IMG/VR virus record: IMGVR_UViG_3300032237_000074
Span: 1 to 30,360 of that record
Strand: one strand, 5' to 3'
Source of the DNA: a virus
Lineage: Duplodnaviria > Caudoviricetes
DNA length: 30,360 bases
The notes under the pieces are model-generated. The model searched no databases. It had not been told where the DNA came from and saw nothing but the letters and a program-made list of their open reading frames with translations. Below, piece by piece: positions 10,416 to 19,585 of this stretch (positions are counted from its first letter, which is position 1; each line of letters begins with the position of its first letter). The position numbers and the translations under genes are program-made.

Positions 10416-10726
10416 GTCTGCTCCAGGGTAAACACTTGCGGTTTCCACGGAGGCACAACAGAATTCGACTTACGCGCCAGTTGTTCCTCTAGCCCCGATT
10501 TTATAACATTTATCCCGTCTTTGTAAGACTCGGCTTCAATCCAACCGGCCACCATGTCCTCGGTCACATCGGCAAACGGCGTTTTTAGGGTTGGCTCGTT
10601 GAAATACCAATTGCCCTCAGTCTCCACCGATTCGTTGTCTACTTGGGCTGTCACATGGTATTTTGCATGAGTAATCAGCCCATCTGTAGCGGAAATCTCA
10701 GGAATTTTCCATGTGAAATTTGCCAT
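10412..10726 (-). CDS. Small acidic tail-fibre-associated protein
   Basis: [14 protein letters not shown]...PPW motif; paralog of the adjacent gene. Confidence 0.7.
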   Translation of the reverse strand: MANFTWKIPEISATDGLITHAKYHVTAQVDNESVETEGNWYFNEPTLKTPFADVTEDMVAGWIEAESYKDGINVIKSGLEEQLARKSNSVVPPWKPQVFTLEQT

Positions 10727-11047
10727 TTACGCGCTCCAAGGTAATGCTTGTGATGTTGGAGAAACAGGAGGGTTAATCATGCTGTTGATTTGGCCTTGCA
10801 CGCACGCTTGGGCATTGCTCACGGTTTGCGGGTCAGCCCAGCTAACTACCTGGGCTTCTGTCAGGTCAGCGTAAGGCGTAAACGAACCGCCTTGCTGGAT
10901 GGTGAACTGCTGGCTAAAGCCAATGGCGGCGGTGTTTGCGCCGTCTACCCCAGTGACGAGGTAGTTGACGTTTACAACGACATCAGTCTGCCCTGATTCT
11001 TGGGGCAGCGTGTACATCTGAGTTACGGTAGTGGTAAATGTAGTCAT
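10727..11047 (-). CDS. Small tail-fibre-associated protein
   Basis: FTPYADLTEAQVVSW...LPW motif; directly follows the fibre gene. Confidence 0.7.
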   Translation of the reverse strand: MTTFTTTVTQMYTLPQESGQTDVVVNVNYLVTGVDGANTAAIGFSQQFTIQQGGSFTPYADLTEAQVVSWADPQTVSNAQACVQGQINSMINPPVSPTSQALPWSA

Positions 11048-11055
11048 GTTAGTCC

Positions 11056-12666
11056 TTATGGATGAGATGCTTTGTAAGCATCAAATTCTGCCTTGAGTTC
11101 TTGGATTGCTTTGACCAAGTAGGGAACAAGATTTTGGTTGATACCCATAACCCTGCCATCTTCATCAACCCATTGTTTTTCTGCTTCATTGGCAGCATGT
11201 GTGATAACTTGGCTAGGCAAAACTTGCTGGTATTCTTGGGCAATAAAGCCTACTTCATGCTTGTCGTTTTCCTTGTAGTCAAACTCAACAGGGCGCAGGG
11301 CAAGAATCTTGTCAAGGCCGCTTGCCACATCAACGATGTTTTTCTTGATACGCTGGTCAGAAGTGATTGACCAAACCGTTGAGTTGTTGGCTTGATAAGC
11401 ACCGCCGCCGCCGCCACAATTGATAAACGTGGTGTTGGTTCCCTTTCCTGCCACGTTCACGCCAATGACAATTGAACCAGTCTCAGCCGCCGCAGATGCT
11501 TGCGCAGCATAACCAACATAGATGTTGTTGCTACCAGTAGTAAGCGAGGTTCCGTCTGTACCAGCGGAAGTGCCTATAAATACGTTGTTGCCGCCAGTAG
11601 TAACAGATGCCCCAGCATTAAAGCCAACCGCACTATTGTTATCGCCTGTAGTTTTTGTTTGAAGAGCAATACGCCCAACAGCGGTGTTGTTTGTGCCTGT
11701 GTTGTTCTTTAGTGCAGATTCTCCAATAGCGGTATTGTTGGACGTTGTGGTTGTGCCATAAAGAGCCTGTAAGCCTAATGCGGTATTTCCACCGCCAGTT
11801 GTGTGGTTGTATCCTGCTTGGTAACCAATCGCGGTAAATGAAGCACCAGTAGTATTGCTATACCCAGCCTGATACCCCACAGCGGTGTTGTTGCTGGCGG
11901 TGGTGTTGGAGCGAAGTGCTGCTACGCCTAAAGCCGTGTTACTTGAACCAGTAGTGTTTAACACTAATGCTGTAAATCCAAAAGCGGAATTGTCTGCTCC
12001 CGTTGAGTTGGTAAACAAAGCCTGATAACCAGTGGCAGTATTGTCACTTGCAGTGCTGTTATTTTGTAACGCACTAGCACCAACAGCGGTGTTGTAGTTA
12101 CCAGATGAATTTACATTCAAAGTTCCAAATCCAAGCGCAGTAAGGCTTGTTCCAGTTTGAGAGCCTCCTGCCAACGCACTAGCGCCAAGCGTTGTATTTC
12201 CAGACACAGCACCAGCGCCGCGGCCTACGGTGAGTCCGTAGACAGTCAGGTCAGTACCTGAGTACAGCAAGTTAGCGGAGTCGGTCTCAAGCCCGCCGGT
12301 GGTGGAATAGACCACACGGCCCGAGGTCAGGCCGGTGTTGGTCAACGATGAAAACCTACCCGATGCAGCCGTTGTGCCGCCGATAGCGGGAGGCGAGGCA
12401 AGGTAAGTGCTAAAGCCTGTACCCGAAACCGTGCTAGATGCGCTCAATGTGGTGAATGCACCGGTATTAGCCGTTCCCGAGCCAATCGTGCCAGGCGTGT
12501 TGTACGCGCTTGCAGCAAGCATCGTATTGGTGACTGTCCCCGAGTCGCCGGTGGTGACCATTGTCCCCGTTGTGGCGGGCACAGCAATGTCAAATGTGGA
12601 CGCGGTGTTAGGGCCGTTCAGGTTGACCTGGCCGCCGAGCGTTGCTTGAAAGACTAATGAACCCAT
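11056..12666 (-). CDS. Tail fibre/spike with 14-aa NTAxG repeats and C-terminal intramolecular chaperone (peptidase S74-like)
   Basis: Many NTA(V/L/I)G..AL..N repeats; SDQRIKKNI...GFIAQE...LVKAIQEL autocleavage-chaperone signature. Confidence 0.88.
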   Translation of the reverse strand: MGSLVFQATLGGQVNLNGPNTASTFDIAVPATTGTMVTTGDSGTVTNTMLAASAYNTPGTIGSGTANTGAFTTLSASSTVSGTGFSTYLASPPAIGGTTAASGRFSSLTNTGLTSGRVVYSTTGGLETDSANLLYSGTDLTVYGLTVGRGAGAVSGNTTLGASALAGGSQTGTSLTALGFGTLNVNSSGNYNTAVGASALQNNSTASDNTATGYQALFTNSTGADNSAFGFTALVLNTTGSSNTALGVAALRSNTTASNNTAVGYQAGYSNTTGASFTAIGYQAGYNHTTGGGNTALGLQALYGTTTTSNNTAIGESALKNNTGTNNTAVGRIALQTKTTGDNNSAVGFNAGASVTTGGNNVFIGTSAGTDGTSLTTGSNNIYVGYAAQASAAAETGSIVIGVNVAGKGTNTTFINCGGGGGAYQANNSTVWSITSDQRIKKNIVDVASGLDKILALRPVEFDYKENDKHEVGFIAQEYQQVLPSQVITHAANEAEKQWVDEDGRVMGINQNLVPYLVKAIQELKAEFDAYKASHP

Positions 12667-12691
12667 GATTTAACTCCAATAAATTTATTGT

Positions 12692-13555
12692 TTAAGCCCA
12701 AGAACCTATGTTGGTATTGGCTCCTGCAGCACTTAACGGCGTTATTGAAAAATAACTACCTGCAAGAGTTGAATATGCTCCTCCAGGTGCTGCTGACAAT
12801 TTATATTGTGGTATAAAAGTTCCGCCAGCATTGATAGACACAGTGCCTTTTATTACACCGTAAAAATAAGCATTAGCACCTGTAATAGCGCCTGTGCTAA
12901 CTATTACTCCTGTTGTGTTGTAATAACTTGAAACAGCTCCAGTAGTTAATCCAGTTGGGTCAGAAGTTGGACTTGATGCATAATTTTCAAATATTTGCCA
13001 AATCAAATTATTTACTGTTGCCGTGCCACCAAACCCAAGAGATATTGTATGTGATGTAGTTCCAACAAGTTTATATAGTGAATACCAACCTTCAAATTGA
13101 TAAACAGTAGATGCAGCCAATGTTACCCCAACACTAAAAATACTTTGGACTGCTGATGAATTTGCACCGGCTAAATCTGAATTTAGCCTATATAATTGCG
13201 TTCCACTAGGCAATGAACCAGGTAGAGTTTGTGTTAAATACCACGTTGCACTTGATGCTTGGTAAATGTATGAAACCGTTGTTTTTGCAGGAAAAAACGT
13301 AATTAGGTTGTTTATTGTTTGTCCTGTGTTGGGGCTAATAGTTAATGTATTTATTTGACTAATTGTGTTAATTGTAATAGTCATGCCATCTGATGGGGCA
13401 GCAGGCATTATTACAGTTCCAGATGATAACGTGCTTGAAGACGTTATAACCATTACTTGAATTCCAGCAGGAAACGTATAGCTAAACCCCGAAGAATTAG
13501 CTAAAAAAACACACGATTGCAATAAACCGTTTGTTCCTGATATTGTTATGGCCAT
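12692..13555 (-). CDS. Putative secondary receptor-binding/fibre protein, AT-rich
   Basis: 287 aa Ser/Thr/Gly-rich beta protein between two fibre genes; visibly more AT-rich than flanks. Confidence 0.6.
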   Translation of the reverse strand: MAITISGTNGLLQSCVFLANSSGFSYTFPAGIQVMVITSSSTLSSGTVIMPAAPSDGMTITINTISQINTLTISPNTGQTINNLITFFPAKTTVSYIYQASSATWYLTQTLPGSLPSGTQLYRLNSDLAGANSSAVQSIFSVGVTLAASTVYQFEGWYSLYKLVGTTSHTISLGFGGTATVNNLIWQIFENYASSPTSDPTGLTTGAVSSYYNTTGVIVSTGAITGANAYFYGVIKGTVSINAGGTFIPQYKLSAAPGGAYSTLAGSYFSITPLSAAGANTNIGSWA

Positions 13556-13561
13556 GATTTT

Positions 13562-16123
13562 TTACACAACGTTCCAAACAGAACCGGAAGATATTGTAAC
13601 TGTCACCCCGCTTGCAACAGAAACAGGCCCAAAAGAACCACCGTTATAACCGGATGCAATAGTGTAATTTGCCGTTACGGTTGTTGCATTTACAAAAATT
13701 GCGTTATTTGCAGTTACTGTTTTAGCTTGTAATTCGCCCGTTGATGGCTTGTAAAGCAAATTTGCATTGCCAGTGTAAATTGTTGACGCTGTACCCGATG
13801 TAGCCGACAAAAATGTGGGGTATAGATTGCTGGCTGTGGAAGTGTCATTGCTAATCGTTAATGAACCGCCACCGCCACTTGCGTTAATCGTTACCGCACC
13901 TGTGCCGCCTGTTGGGGAAATCGTGACGTTTGTTCCCGCAATGATTTGCGTTACGCCGCCGGTCGCAGCAGCCCACGTTGCCGTTGTACCGTTTGATGTT
14001 AAAACATAGCCATTTGTGCCAATTCCTAGCCTAGTCGCGCTATTTGAGCCGTTCCCAATGATTAGGTCGCCGGTCGTTGTAATGGGCGACAAAGCGTTAA
14101 ATCCAGCCGCTGCCGTTGTTTGACCCGTGCCGCCATATCCAATTCCGACAGCAGTTCCATTCCACACGCCGCTAAATGTCGTCGCGCTTAATACGCCGGT
14201 GCTAGGCACAAAACTTAGCTTAGTGGACGATGTGGTTGCGCCAACATTTCCAGTTGTAGCAGATGAAATAACGGGGTAATACGTTGATACCGAACTTGTG
14301 TTATCGGTAATGGCAATGTTTGTGGCGTTTGTGGCCGTAGTCGCGGTGGTCGCGCTGCTTGCGTTGCCAGTCAACGCCCCGACGAATGTTGTGCTAGTGA
14401 CCGACGTTAATCCTGCAATCGTGGTGACCGTACCGCCCAAGCTGACCGCGGTTGAGCCGATGGTAATTGACGAATTGGTCAGCGCCGCATTAGGAATGTT
14501 GGTTAGACTTGCGCCCGAGCCGCTAAACGTGGTGGCGGCCAATAGTCCGCTGCTTGGCGTGTATTGCAGTTTGGTGGAACTGGTGTATTCGGTGGAAATG
14601 TTTCCGCTTGTTTGGTTGGCAAACAGGGGATAACGCACCGACGCGGTAGTCGTGTCATCGGTGACTGTTGCGTAAGCCGTGGGAGTTGACCATGTTGGCG
14701 TGCCTGAACCAGCTGAGGTTAAGACTTGCCCTGAAGTGCCTGCCGCAGTAAACGAATAAGCCGTGCCCGTGCCGAACGCCACCGCGCCCGCAGTCGGAGT
14801 CGTTGTAGCATTTGTGCCTCCGTTCGCAATAGCAAGTGTGCCGACCACGCTGCCAGCCAAGACATACGAATTGGATTGGCTAACGTAAATCGCCCCATTG
14901 GGGCTGTTGGCATACGCAACAACGCCAATCTTCACCGGATACCCTGTCGGCGGGTAGGTGTTCATTAGCTGACCAGCAGAGTACGGGCTTACATAAACCG
15001 TGTCCCCGACTGTCATGGAACCAATGCTTAGACCGTTAATTAGACCGGCAATGACTACATAACCGGCTGTTGCGTTAGGAATGTCCTGATTTGCCAAGCC
15101 AATAGCATTACCTGTGGTTTGCGTATTTGCTTGTGCTAACGCCACCAAAGGATAGGTAAACCCGCTAGAAGTTGACGTAATGTAGACCGGTGCGCCTTTG
15201 GAAATTGTGCTGCCGGTGTTGTTGTAAACCTTTAGCTGAGTTTCTTGGCCGACGTGGATTGTGTTGTTCGTTACATCGTTAAAGTACGACAGCGCCTTTT
15301 GCGTGGAGTCATACCAAAGCCGACCCTCTGCATAGCTTGGCGCAGACGTTGATGTAAACGCGCCGTAATTGCTGACGGTTGGGTTAGCCAGGGTAACTGC
15401 GGTCAGCGTGGAAGCTGTAGCGCCAAGCGCAATCGACGTGCTGCCAATGGTGATGCTTGAGTTAAGCAGGCCGCCATTAGGAATGCCTGTAATGTTTGTG
15501 CCGGTTAGTGTCGGGGTCGTTGTATAGCTTGGCGTTACACCACCAACAAGCACGCCTGTGCCCGTTCCAAGGAACGTCGTTGCCCCTGCGCTTGTCTGAT
15601 AGGGAATAGACCCTGCTGCGCCGCCTGCGAGGTTTGTGGCCGTTGTAGCGGTAGTGGCTGACCCTGCCGTAGTTGCTGACCCTGCGGTGGTTGCATAGGT
15701 CGCGGTGGCCGCATTGCCGTTAATTGAGCCGCTAATCGTGTTTGTGACCGACAGGCTGGTGGAACTGAGCGTGGTAAACGCGCCGGTGGATGGCGTGATA
15801 TTGCCAACCGGAGTGTTGTTTAGCGCGGTGATTGTGATGGAAACACCGGAAATTGACCCGCCGGTGATGTTGACGTTGTTGGACGCGAAATTGTTGAATG
15901 TCGCTAGTCCGGTGCTTGAGATTGTCGTGAAAACGCCCGTTGATGGGGTCGTTGAGCCGATTGGGGATGAGTCAATCGTGCTGCCGACAATCGTATCTGA
16001 ATTGATAGGAGGGGAGAAAAACTCCCCGCCTGGGCCTACTAAGCCGACACAAACGCCCGTCTCACTAAAGATGCCCTGCACGGGCACGATATTGATTGTT
16101 TGCGTAAGTGCGGCAGAGGTCAT
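13562..16123 (-). CDS. Long tail fibre protein with internal repeats
   Basis: 853 aa Thr/Ser/Gly-rich; three (T/S).DT.T....YP...T.G.......L.(Y/F).PS.G.L modules; two IPN..L.NSSITIGST modules. Confidence 0.85.
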   Translation of the reverse strand: MTSAALTQTINIVPVQGIFSETGVCVGLVGPGGEFFSPPINSDTIVGSTIDSSPIGSTTPSTGVFTTISSTGLATFNNFASNNVNITGGSISGVSITITALNNTPVGNITPSTGAFTTLSSTSLSVTNTISGSINGNAATATYATTAGSATTAGSATTATTATNLAGGAAGSIPYQTSAGATTFLGTGTGVLVGGVTPSYTTTPTLTGTNITGIPNGGLLNSSITIGSTSIALGATASTLTAVTLANPTVSNYGAFTSTSAPSYAEGRLWYDSTQKALSYFNDVTNNTIHVGQETQLKVYNNTGSTISKGAPVYITSTSSGFTYPLVALAQANTQTTGNAIGLANQDIPNATAGYVVIAGLINGLSIGSMTVGDTVYVSPYSAGQLMNTYPPTGYPVKIGVVAYANSPNGAIYVSQSNSYVLAGSVVGTLAIANGGTNATTTPTAGAVAFGTGTAYSFTAAGTSGQVLTSAGSGTPTWSTPTAYATVTDDTTTASVRYPLFANQTSGNISTEYTSSTKLQYTPSSGLLAATTFSGSGASLTNIPNAALTNSSITIGSTAVSLGGTVTTIAGLTSVTSTTFVGALTGNASSATTATTATNATNIAITDNTSSVSTYYPVISSATTGNVGATTSSTKLSFVPSTGVLSATTFSGVWNGTAVGIGYGGTGQTTAAAGFNALSPITTTGDLIIGNGSNSATRLGIGTNGYVLTSNGTTATWAAATGGVTQIIAGTNVTISPTGGTGAVTINASGGGGSLTISNDTSTASNLYPTFLSATSGTASTIYTGNANLLYKPSTGELQAKTVTANNAIFVNATTVTANYTIASGYNGGSFGPVSVASGVTVTISSGSVWNVV

Positions 16124-16148
16124 TTTTCAAGGGGCAAAGCCCCGCCCT

Positions 16149-16493
16149 TTACGATTGGTCTGCCACAGCAGTGACGTACACAAGAGATGGGCCAGCAGCC
16201 GCGCCGATTGCTCGGACATAAAACGGCGTGGTAGGCACAGCAAGAACAACAGGCGAAGTCATGCCCGCGGGCAACAAGAAATCACCATTTGTTCCGCTTA
16301 CGGGTAAAACAGCAGCGCCCACGTTAGCGTCGCCCCATTTAATGGCAACAGCAACCGCACCAATATTCAAAAAACTTGCGTAATTGATTTGGTCGTTTGT
16401 GTTGTCATCAATGAGAGTAGCCGCCGTGGACGAAGCCGTTACCGACAGGGCAACGGTTGGCCCTGCTGTACGGATAACGGATGTGCCTGCCAT
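16149..16493 (-). CDS. Small beta-rich virion protein
   Basis: Start moved to MAGTSVIRT to avoid overlap; located between head and fibre genes. Confidence 0.65.
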   Translation of the reverse strand: MAGTSVIRTAGPTVALSVTASSTAATLIDDNTNDQINYASFLNIGAVAVAIKWGDANVGAAVLPVSGTNGDFLLPAGMTSPVVLAVPTTPFYVRAIGAAAGPSLVYVTAVADQS

Positions 16494-16495
16494 GA

Positions 16496-16819
16496 TTAGA
16501 CTACGTTCGCAGGAAATGGCGAATCTTCGCAAGTCTTCACGCTTACCAACATGGTTGCGGCGGCCTGAGTAACAGATGCGCCGGTCAAGTTGAGTAAACG
16601 CACAATAATTGCGTTATCTGCATTCGTATAAGAATTGCCAATGCCAACGCCAACCGTCATTGCTGCATCAATTGACACTTGAATTAAATCCGTAGATTTA
16701 ACACCAGGGCAAGAAATAGTGACTTCGGTGCTAGTAGTGGAAAAAGTGGTGCTAGGTAATGTAAGCTGGCAAATGGTGTGCGCTATAACATTGCCGCGAC
16801 TAATGGTCGTTTTTGACAT
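16496..16819 (-). CDS. Small virion (decoration-like) protein
   Basis: 107 aa; AAGGA RBS; beta-rich. Confidence 0.65.
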   Translation of the reverse strand: MSKTTISRGNVIAHTICQLTLPSTTFSTTSTEVTISCPGVKSTDLIQVSIDAAMTVGVGIGNSYTNADNAIIVRLLNLTGASVTQAAATMLVSVKTCEDSPFPANVV

Positions 16820-16862
16820 GGTTTTCCTTTAGTAGAGGATGATTGAATTGTAGCCTAAAAGC

Positions 16863-16900
16863 AAAAAAGCCGCCTACCGAGAATATCCCAGCAGGCGGCT
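16863..16900 (-). terminator. Intrinsic terminator after the capsid/decoration genes
   Basis: Minus strand agccgcctgctggga-tat-tctcggtaggcggct (15-bp stem with G:U pairs) followed by T-run. Confidence 0.85.
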
Positions 16901-16912
16901 ATTCTTACCCGT

Positions 16913-17335
16913 TTAAGGCAGGAAAGAAAGGTCGTAGCCGTAGACGTAAACGTCCATCGTGGCAGCAGCGCCTTGGGCAGTACCGACGTTCACATACAGG
17001 TTTTGGCCTGTTTGTTGGGCGGTAGATGCCACGGTGCGTTGCGACACAACGGTTGAGCCGGTCATAGCGGACAGCGCGGCGTTAGACACGATTGCAGTAC
17101 CGCCTGCCGACGGAGCAGTGAACAAGCCTGCTGCTGCGGTGGTCAGGGATACGCTTGCATTCGTGAAAATCACGTTGCTAACGCTGTACGAAGACGTATT
17201 GTTAATGGGCAATACGGTGTCACCGGTTGCATTCACGTTCACGCCTTGGTAGCTTGCCAACAGACGGATTGCCTGATTGGAAGCCAAATTAGCGGGGTGA
17301 TTGGCAACGGTGGTTGCTGGGCCTGGATTTGCCAT
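16913..17335 (-). CDS. Putative capsid decoration protein
   Basis: 140 aa directly after the coat gene and before the terminator; AAGGAG RBS. Confidence 0.65.
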   Translation of the reverse strand: MANPGPATTVANHPANLASNQAIRLLASYQGVNVNATGDTVLPINNTSSYSVSNVIFTNASVSLTTAAAGLFTAPSAGGTAIVSNAALSAMTGSTVVSQRTVASTAQQTGQNLYVNVGTAQGAAATMDVYVYGYDLSFLP

Positions 17336-17353
17336 GATGTTTACTCCTTAAAG

Positions 17354-18601
17354 TTAAGCTGCAACGCGGCAAGCAAGTTCGGGGTACAGCGGTGCCCAGC
17401 CATACAACACGTCCAAGCGAGTCGGAATCGAATCGTTGTTGATGGTGTATTGGCGAACCACACGCATGGACAGACCGATTTCCTTGTCGGAAGCGCGGCC
17501 AGCGAAGTGAACGCCATCAGGCAGTTCCAAGTCAGCCACAGCCAAGGTAAACGCATTGCGGTGCATCACGATGTTCTGAGGAGACACGGTTCCGGTCTGA
17601 TTGAACGGGGTCACAGCAGCGGTCGAAGACGTAGCCGAAATGAACACGTTTTGGAACTGGCCTGCGGAGATGACAGCGGGGCTGACAGTCACCGAGGTAG
17701 TACCGGACGTGGCAACAGTCACAGCAGAGGTCACGACAAAGTTACGCAGCTTGTTAGAGCCGTAAGCCTGGCGGTTCTGTGGGTTAACTGCGTACACGTT
17801 TGCAATGGTGATAACGTCACCTTGTTGCAGCGATGCAGTTGCAGTCGTGGCGGTCAGCGCGATGGTGGACGAAGAAGCCCAGCCCGAAGTCAGAAAGCCA
17901 GTTGCGGTCGAGGTATTGCACGCCAAGGTAGCAGTGCTATACGAACCGAAAGTTTGGCTCACAACGTTCTGGTCAAGTTTCCAGTTCATGCCAGCGCTGT
18001 CCCGACCCATAAGCCCTTTGCGATATTGCTCGCCAATGGCTTCTTGAGGCACAAACAGACCCTTCAAGCTGTCAACGATAGTCGCAGCGGTGAAAGGCTC
18101 CACGATACACGAACGGCGGCCATCACGGGGTGCACCCTCGGCATCGAGGTAAGCGCCTGCGGTCAGGTAGGTAATCAAACCAGTTGGAGGCGTGCCAGCA
18201 GTACCGACAATATTGGCGGTATTGTTTTTTGCCATAACAAGACCATCACGGTCAATCTTATTGGCAATGGCGGCCACAGCGGGCTTGAGAACGCGGTCAC
18301 TGAACATATCCAGCGACAGGGCCAGGTCTTGAGTGGTGAACTGGGTATCAACGTGGAACTGGGTCGACAAAGTAACGGGAACCGAGGTCTCGTTAAAGTC
18401 TTCCACGTTCAACGCTGGGCCAGTCGTACCAATAAAGCGGCCAGGGCGACGGACGTTTACGGTGTTACCGATTTTCGCACCAACGACAGCGAACTGGTCG
18501 TCGTAGTTGCGGTCTGTCTCCGAGGTGAACGTCAACTCGTTTTCTAAAACCATCAATGCTTCATTGGTGATTTTAGAGATGGTAAGCAGATTGTTGCTCA
18601 T
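17354..18601 (-). CDS. Major capsid protein (P22 gp5-like)
   Basis: KIGNTVNVRRP; C-terminal RLDVLYG...YPELA; I-domain-like insertion; GGAG RBS; synteny. Confidence 0.95.
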   Translation of the reverse strand: MSNNLLTISKITNEALMVLENELTFTSETDRNYDDQFAVVGAKIGNTVNVRRPGRFIGTTGPALNVEDFNETSVPVTLSTQFHVDTQFTTQDLALSLDMFSDRVLKPAVAAIANKIDRDGLVMAKNNTANIVGTAGTPPTGLITYLTAGAYLDAEGAPRDGRRSCIVEPFTAATIVDSLKGLFVPQEAIGEQYRKGLMGRDSAGMNWKLDQNVVSQTFGSYSTATLACNTSTATGFLTSGWASSSTIALTATTATASLQQGDVITIANVYAVNPQNRQAYGSNKLRNFVVTSAVTVATSGTTSVTVSPAVISAGQFQNVFISATSSTAAVTPFNQTGTVSPQNIVMHRNAFTLAVADLELPDGVHFAGRASDKEIGLSMRVVRQYTINNDSIPTRLDVLYGWAPLYPELACRVAA

Positions 18602-18619
18602 TTACATACTCCTAAAATA

Positions 18620-19522
18620 CTAACGGATTCGACCAGCTTTTCTCGCTTCTTTCCAGGCTTGATAAGTTCCGTGGAATTGACCATCAGAGCCAATCGACAC
18701 ATCACTCATCTTGCCCGTTCCGCGAATAGGGCTAATCGGCGGTGGTGCTTTACTTTTACCGACAGGATTACTCGGCTTGGTTTCAGTTTGCTTCTCAAAC
18801 CGCGCCTCCAGTTTCCCAATCTCGCGTAGCGCTTGCGCTGGCGACATAGAAGTTAGACGCTTTGCAACGTCATCTTCTTTTGCAAGGTGATACAGGATTT
18901 GTGGGCCTACATCACTTTCCAATATTGCGTCCCGAATGTGGTCACCAACGACCACGCTGCTTGACGCAACCATGTCATCGAAATCGGGCATTTCTGCTTT
19001 CGCTGTTGCCACTTTGGTCGCCCAGGTAGATATTACCTTTTGGCGTTCCTCATCAGCCCTGCGATTAGCGTCTTCCCTATCTCGCTTTACCAATGCCTGC
19101 TCAGTCGACCATTCTGCTAGTGCCCTTGCATATTCAAAGGCATCAGTAAATTGGCTCGGCTGTGGCTCTGCGGCAGCTTGCTGCACCGGTTGGGGCGCTG
19201 CTTGCTGACGATAAGCCGCTAACTCAGTTTCCAGCTTTTGCCTAGCTTCACGTTCTTGCGCTGCTTCTTGTTTGGCAAGTTCGCGTTGCTTGGTTATCTC
19301 TGAAAACCGCTTTTCGAGTTTCGGATTCTGCTTCCGTTCTTCTGTCGGTTTGGCATCATCGTCTGCTGACTGTTCACTCTGTTTCGTATCCTCTAACGGC
19401 TCTGAGGGAGTATTCTCAACCCCAGCCTCGTCAGTATCACTAGCAGCTAAACCAAGTCGATTTGCATAAAAATCTGCCGAATTCTCACTGGTCAAAACAT
19501 GACCGGCTTCTTTGTCACTCAT
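18620..19522 (-). CDS. Scaffolding protein
   Basis: Charged coiled coil between portal and coat; GPQILYHLAK...EIGKLEA and SKAPPPISP motifs. Confidence 0.88.
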   Translation of the reverse strand: MSDKEAGHVLTSENSADFYANRLGLAASDTDEAGVENTPSEPLEDTKQSEQSADDDAKPTEERKQNPKLEKRFSEITKQRELAKQEAAQEREARQKLETELAAYRQQAAPQPVQQAAAEPQPSQFTDAFEYARALAEWSTEQALVKRDREDANRRADEERQKVISTWATKVATAKAEMPDFDDMVASSSVVVGDHIRDAILESDVGPQILYHLAKEDDVAKRLTSMSPAQALREIGKLEARFEKQTETKPSNPVGKSKAPPPISPIRGTGKMSDVSIGSDGQFHGTYQAWKEARKAGRIR

Positions 19523-19585
19523 AGGTTTCCCTAAGTATTTTCCCCATGAGCCTCACGGGTAAGGTTTGTGGTTTATACCACGAAT
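19523..19585 (-). promoter_or_regulatory. Scaffold leader with hairpins and possible extended -10
   Basis: Minus strand TGgTATAAA within gtggt-ataa-accac; hairpin cccgtga-ggc-tcatggg just before the start codon. Confidence 0.4.

Noticed and set aside
11560-12200. ~42-bp periodic gcggtgttgtt-like repeats considered as a CRISPR array or DGR repeat
   Set aside because: Degenerate coding repeats (NTAVG) of the fibre; no constant repeat/spacer pattern, and no cas or reverse transcriptase gene in the window.
17246-18547. 433-aa plus-strand ORF
   Set aside because: Antisense shadow of the codon-biased capsid gene; no RBS and no recognisable motifs.
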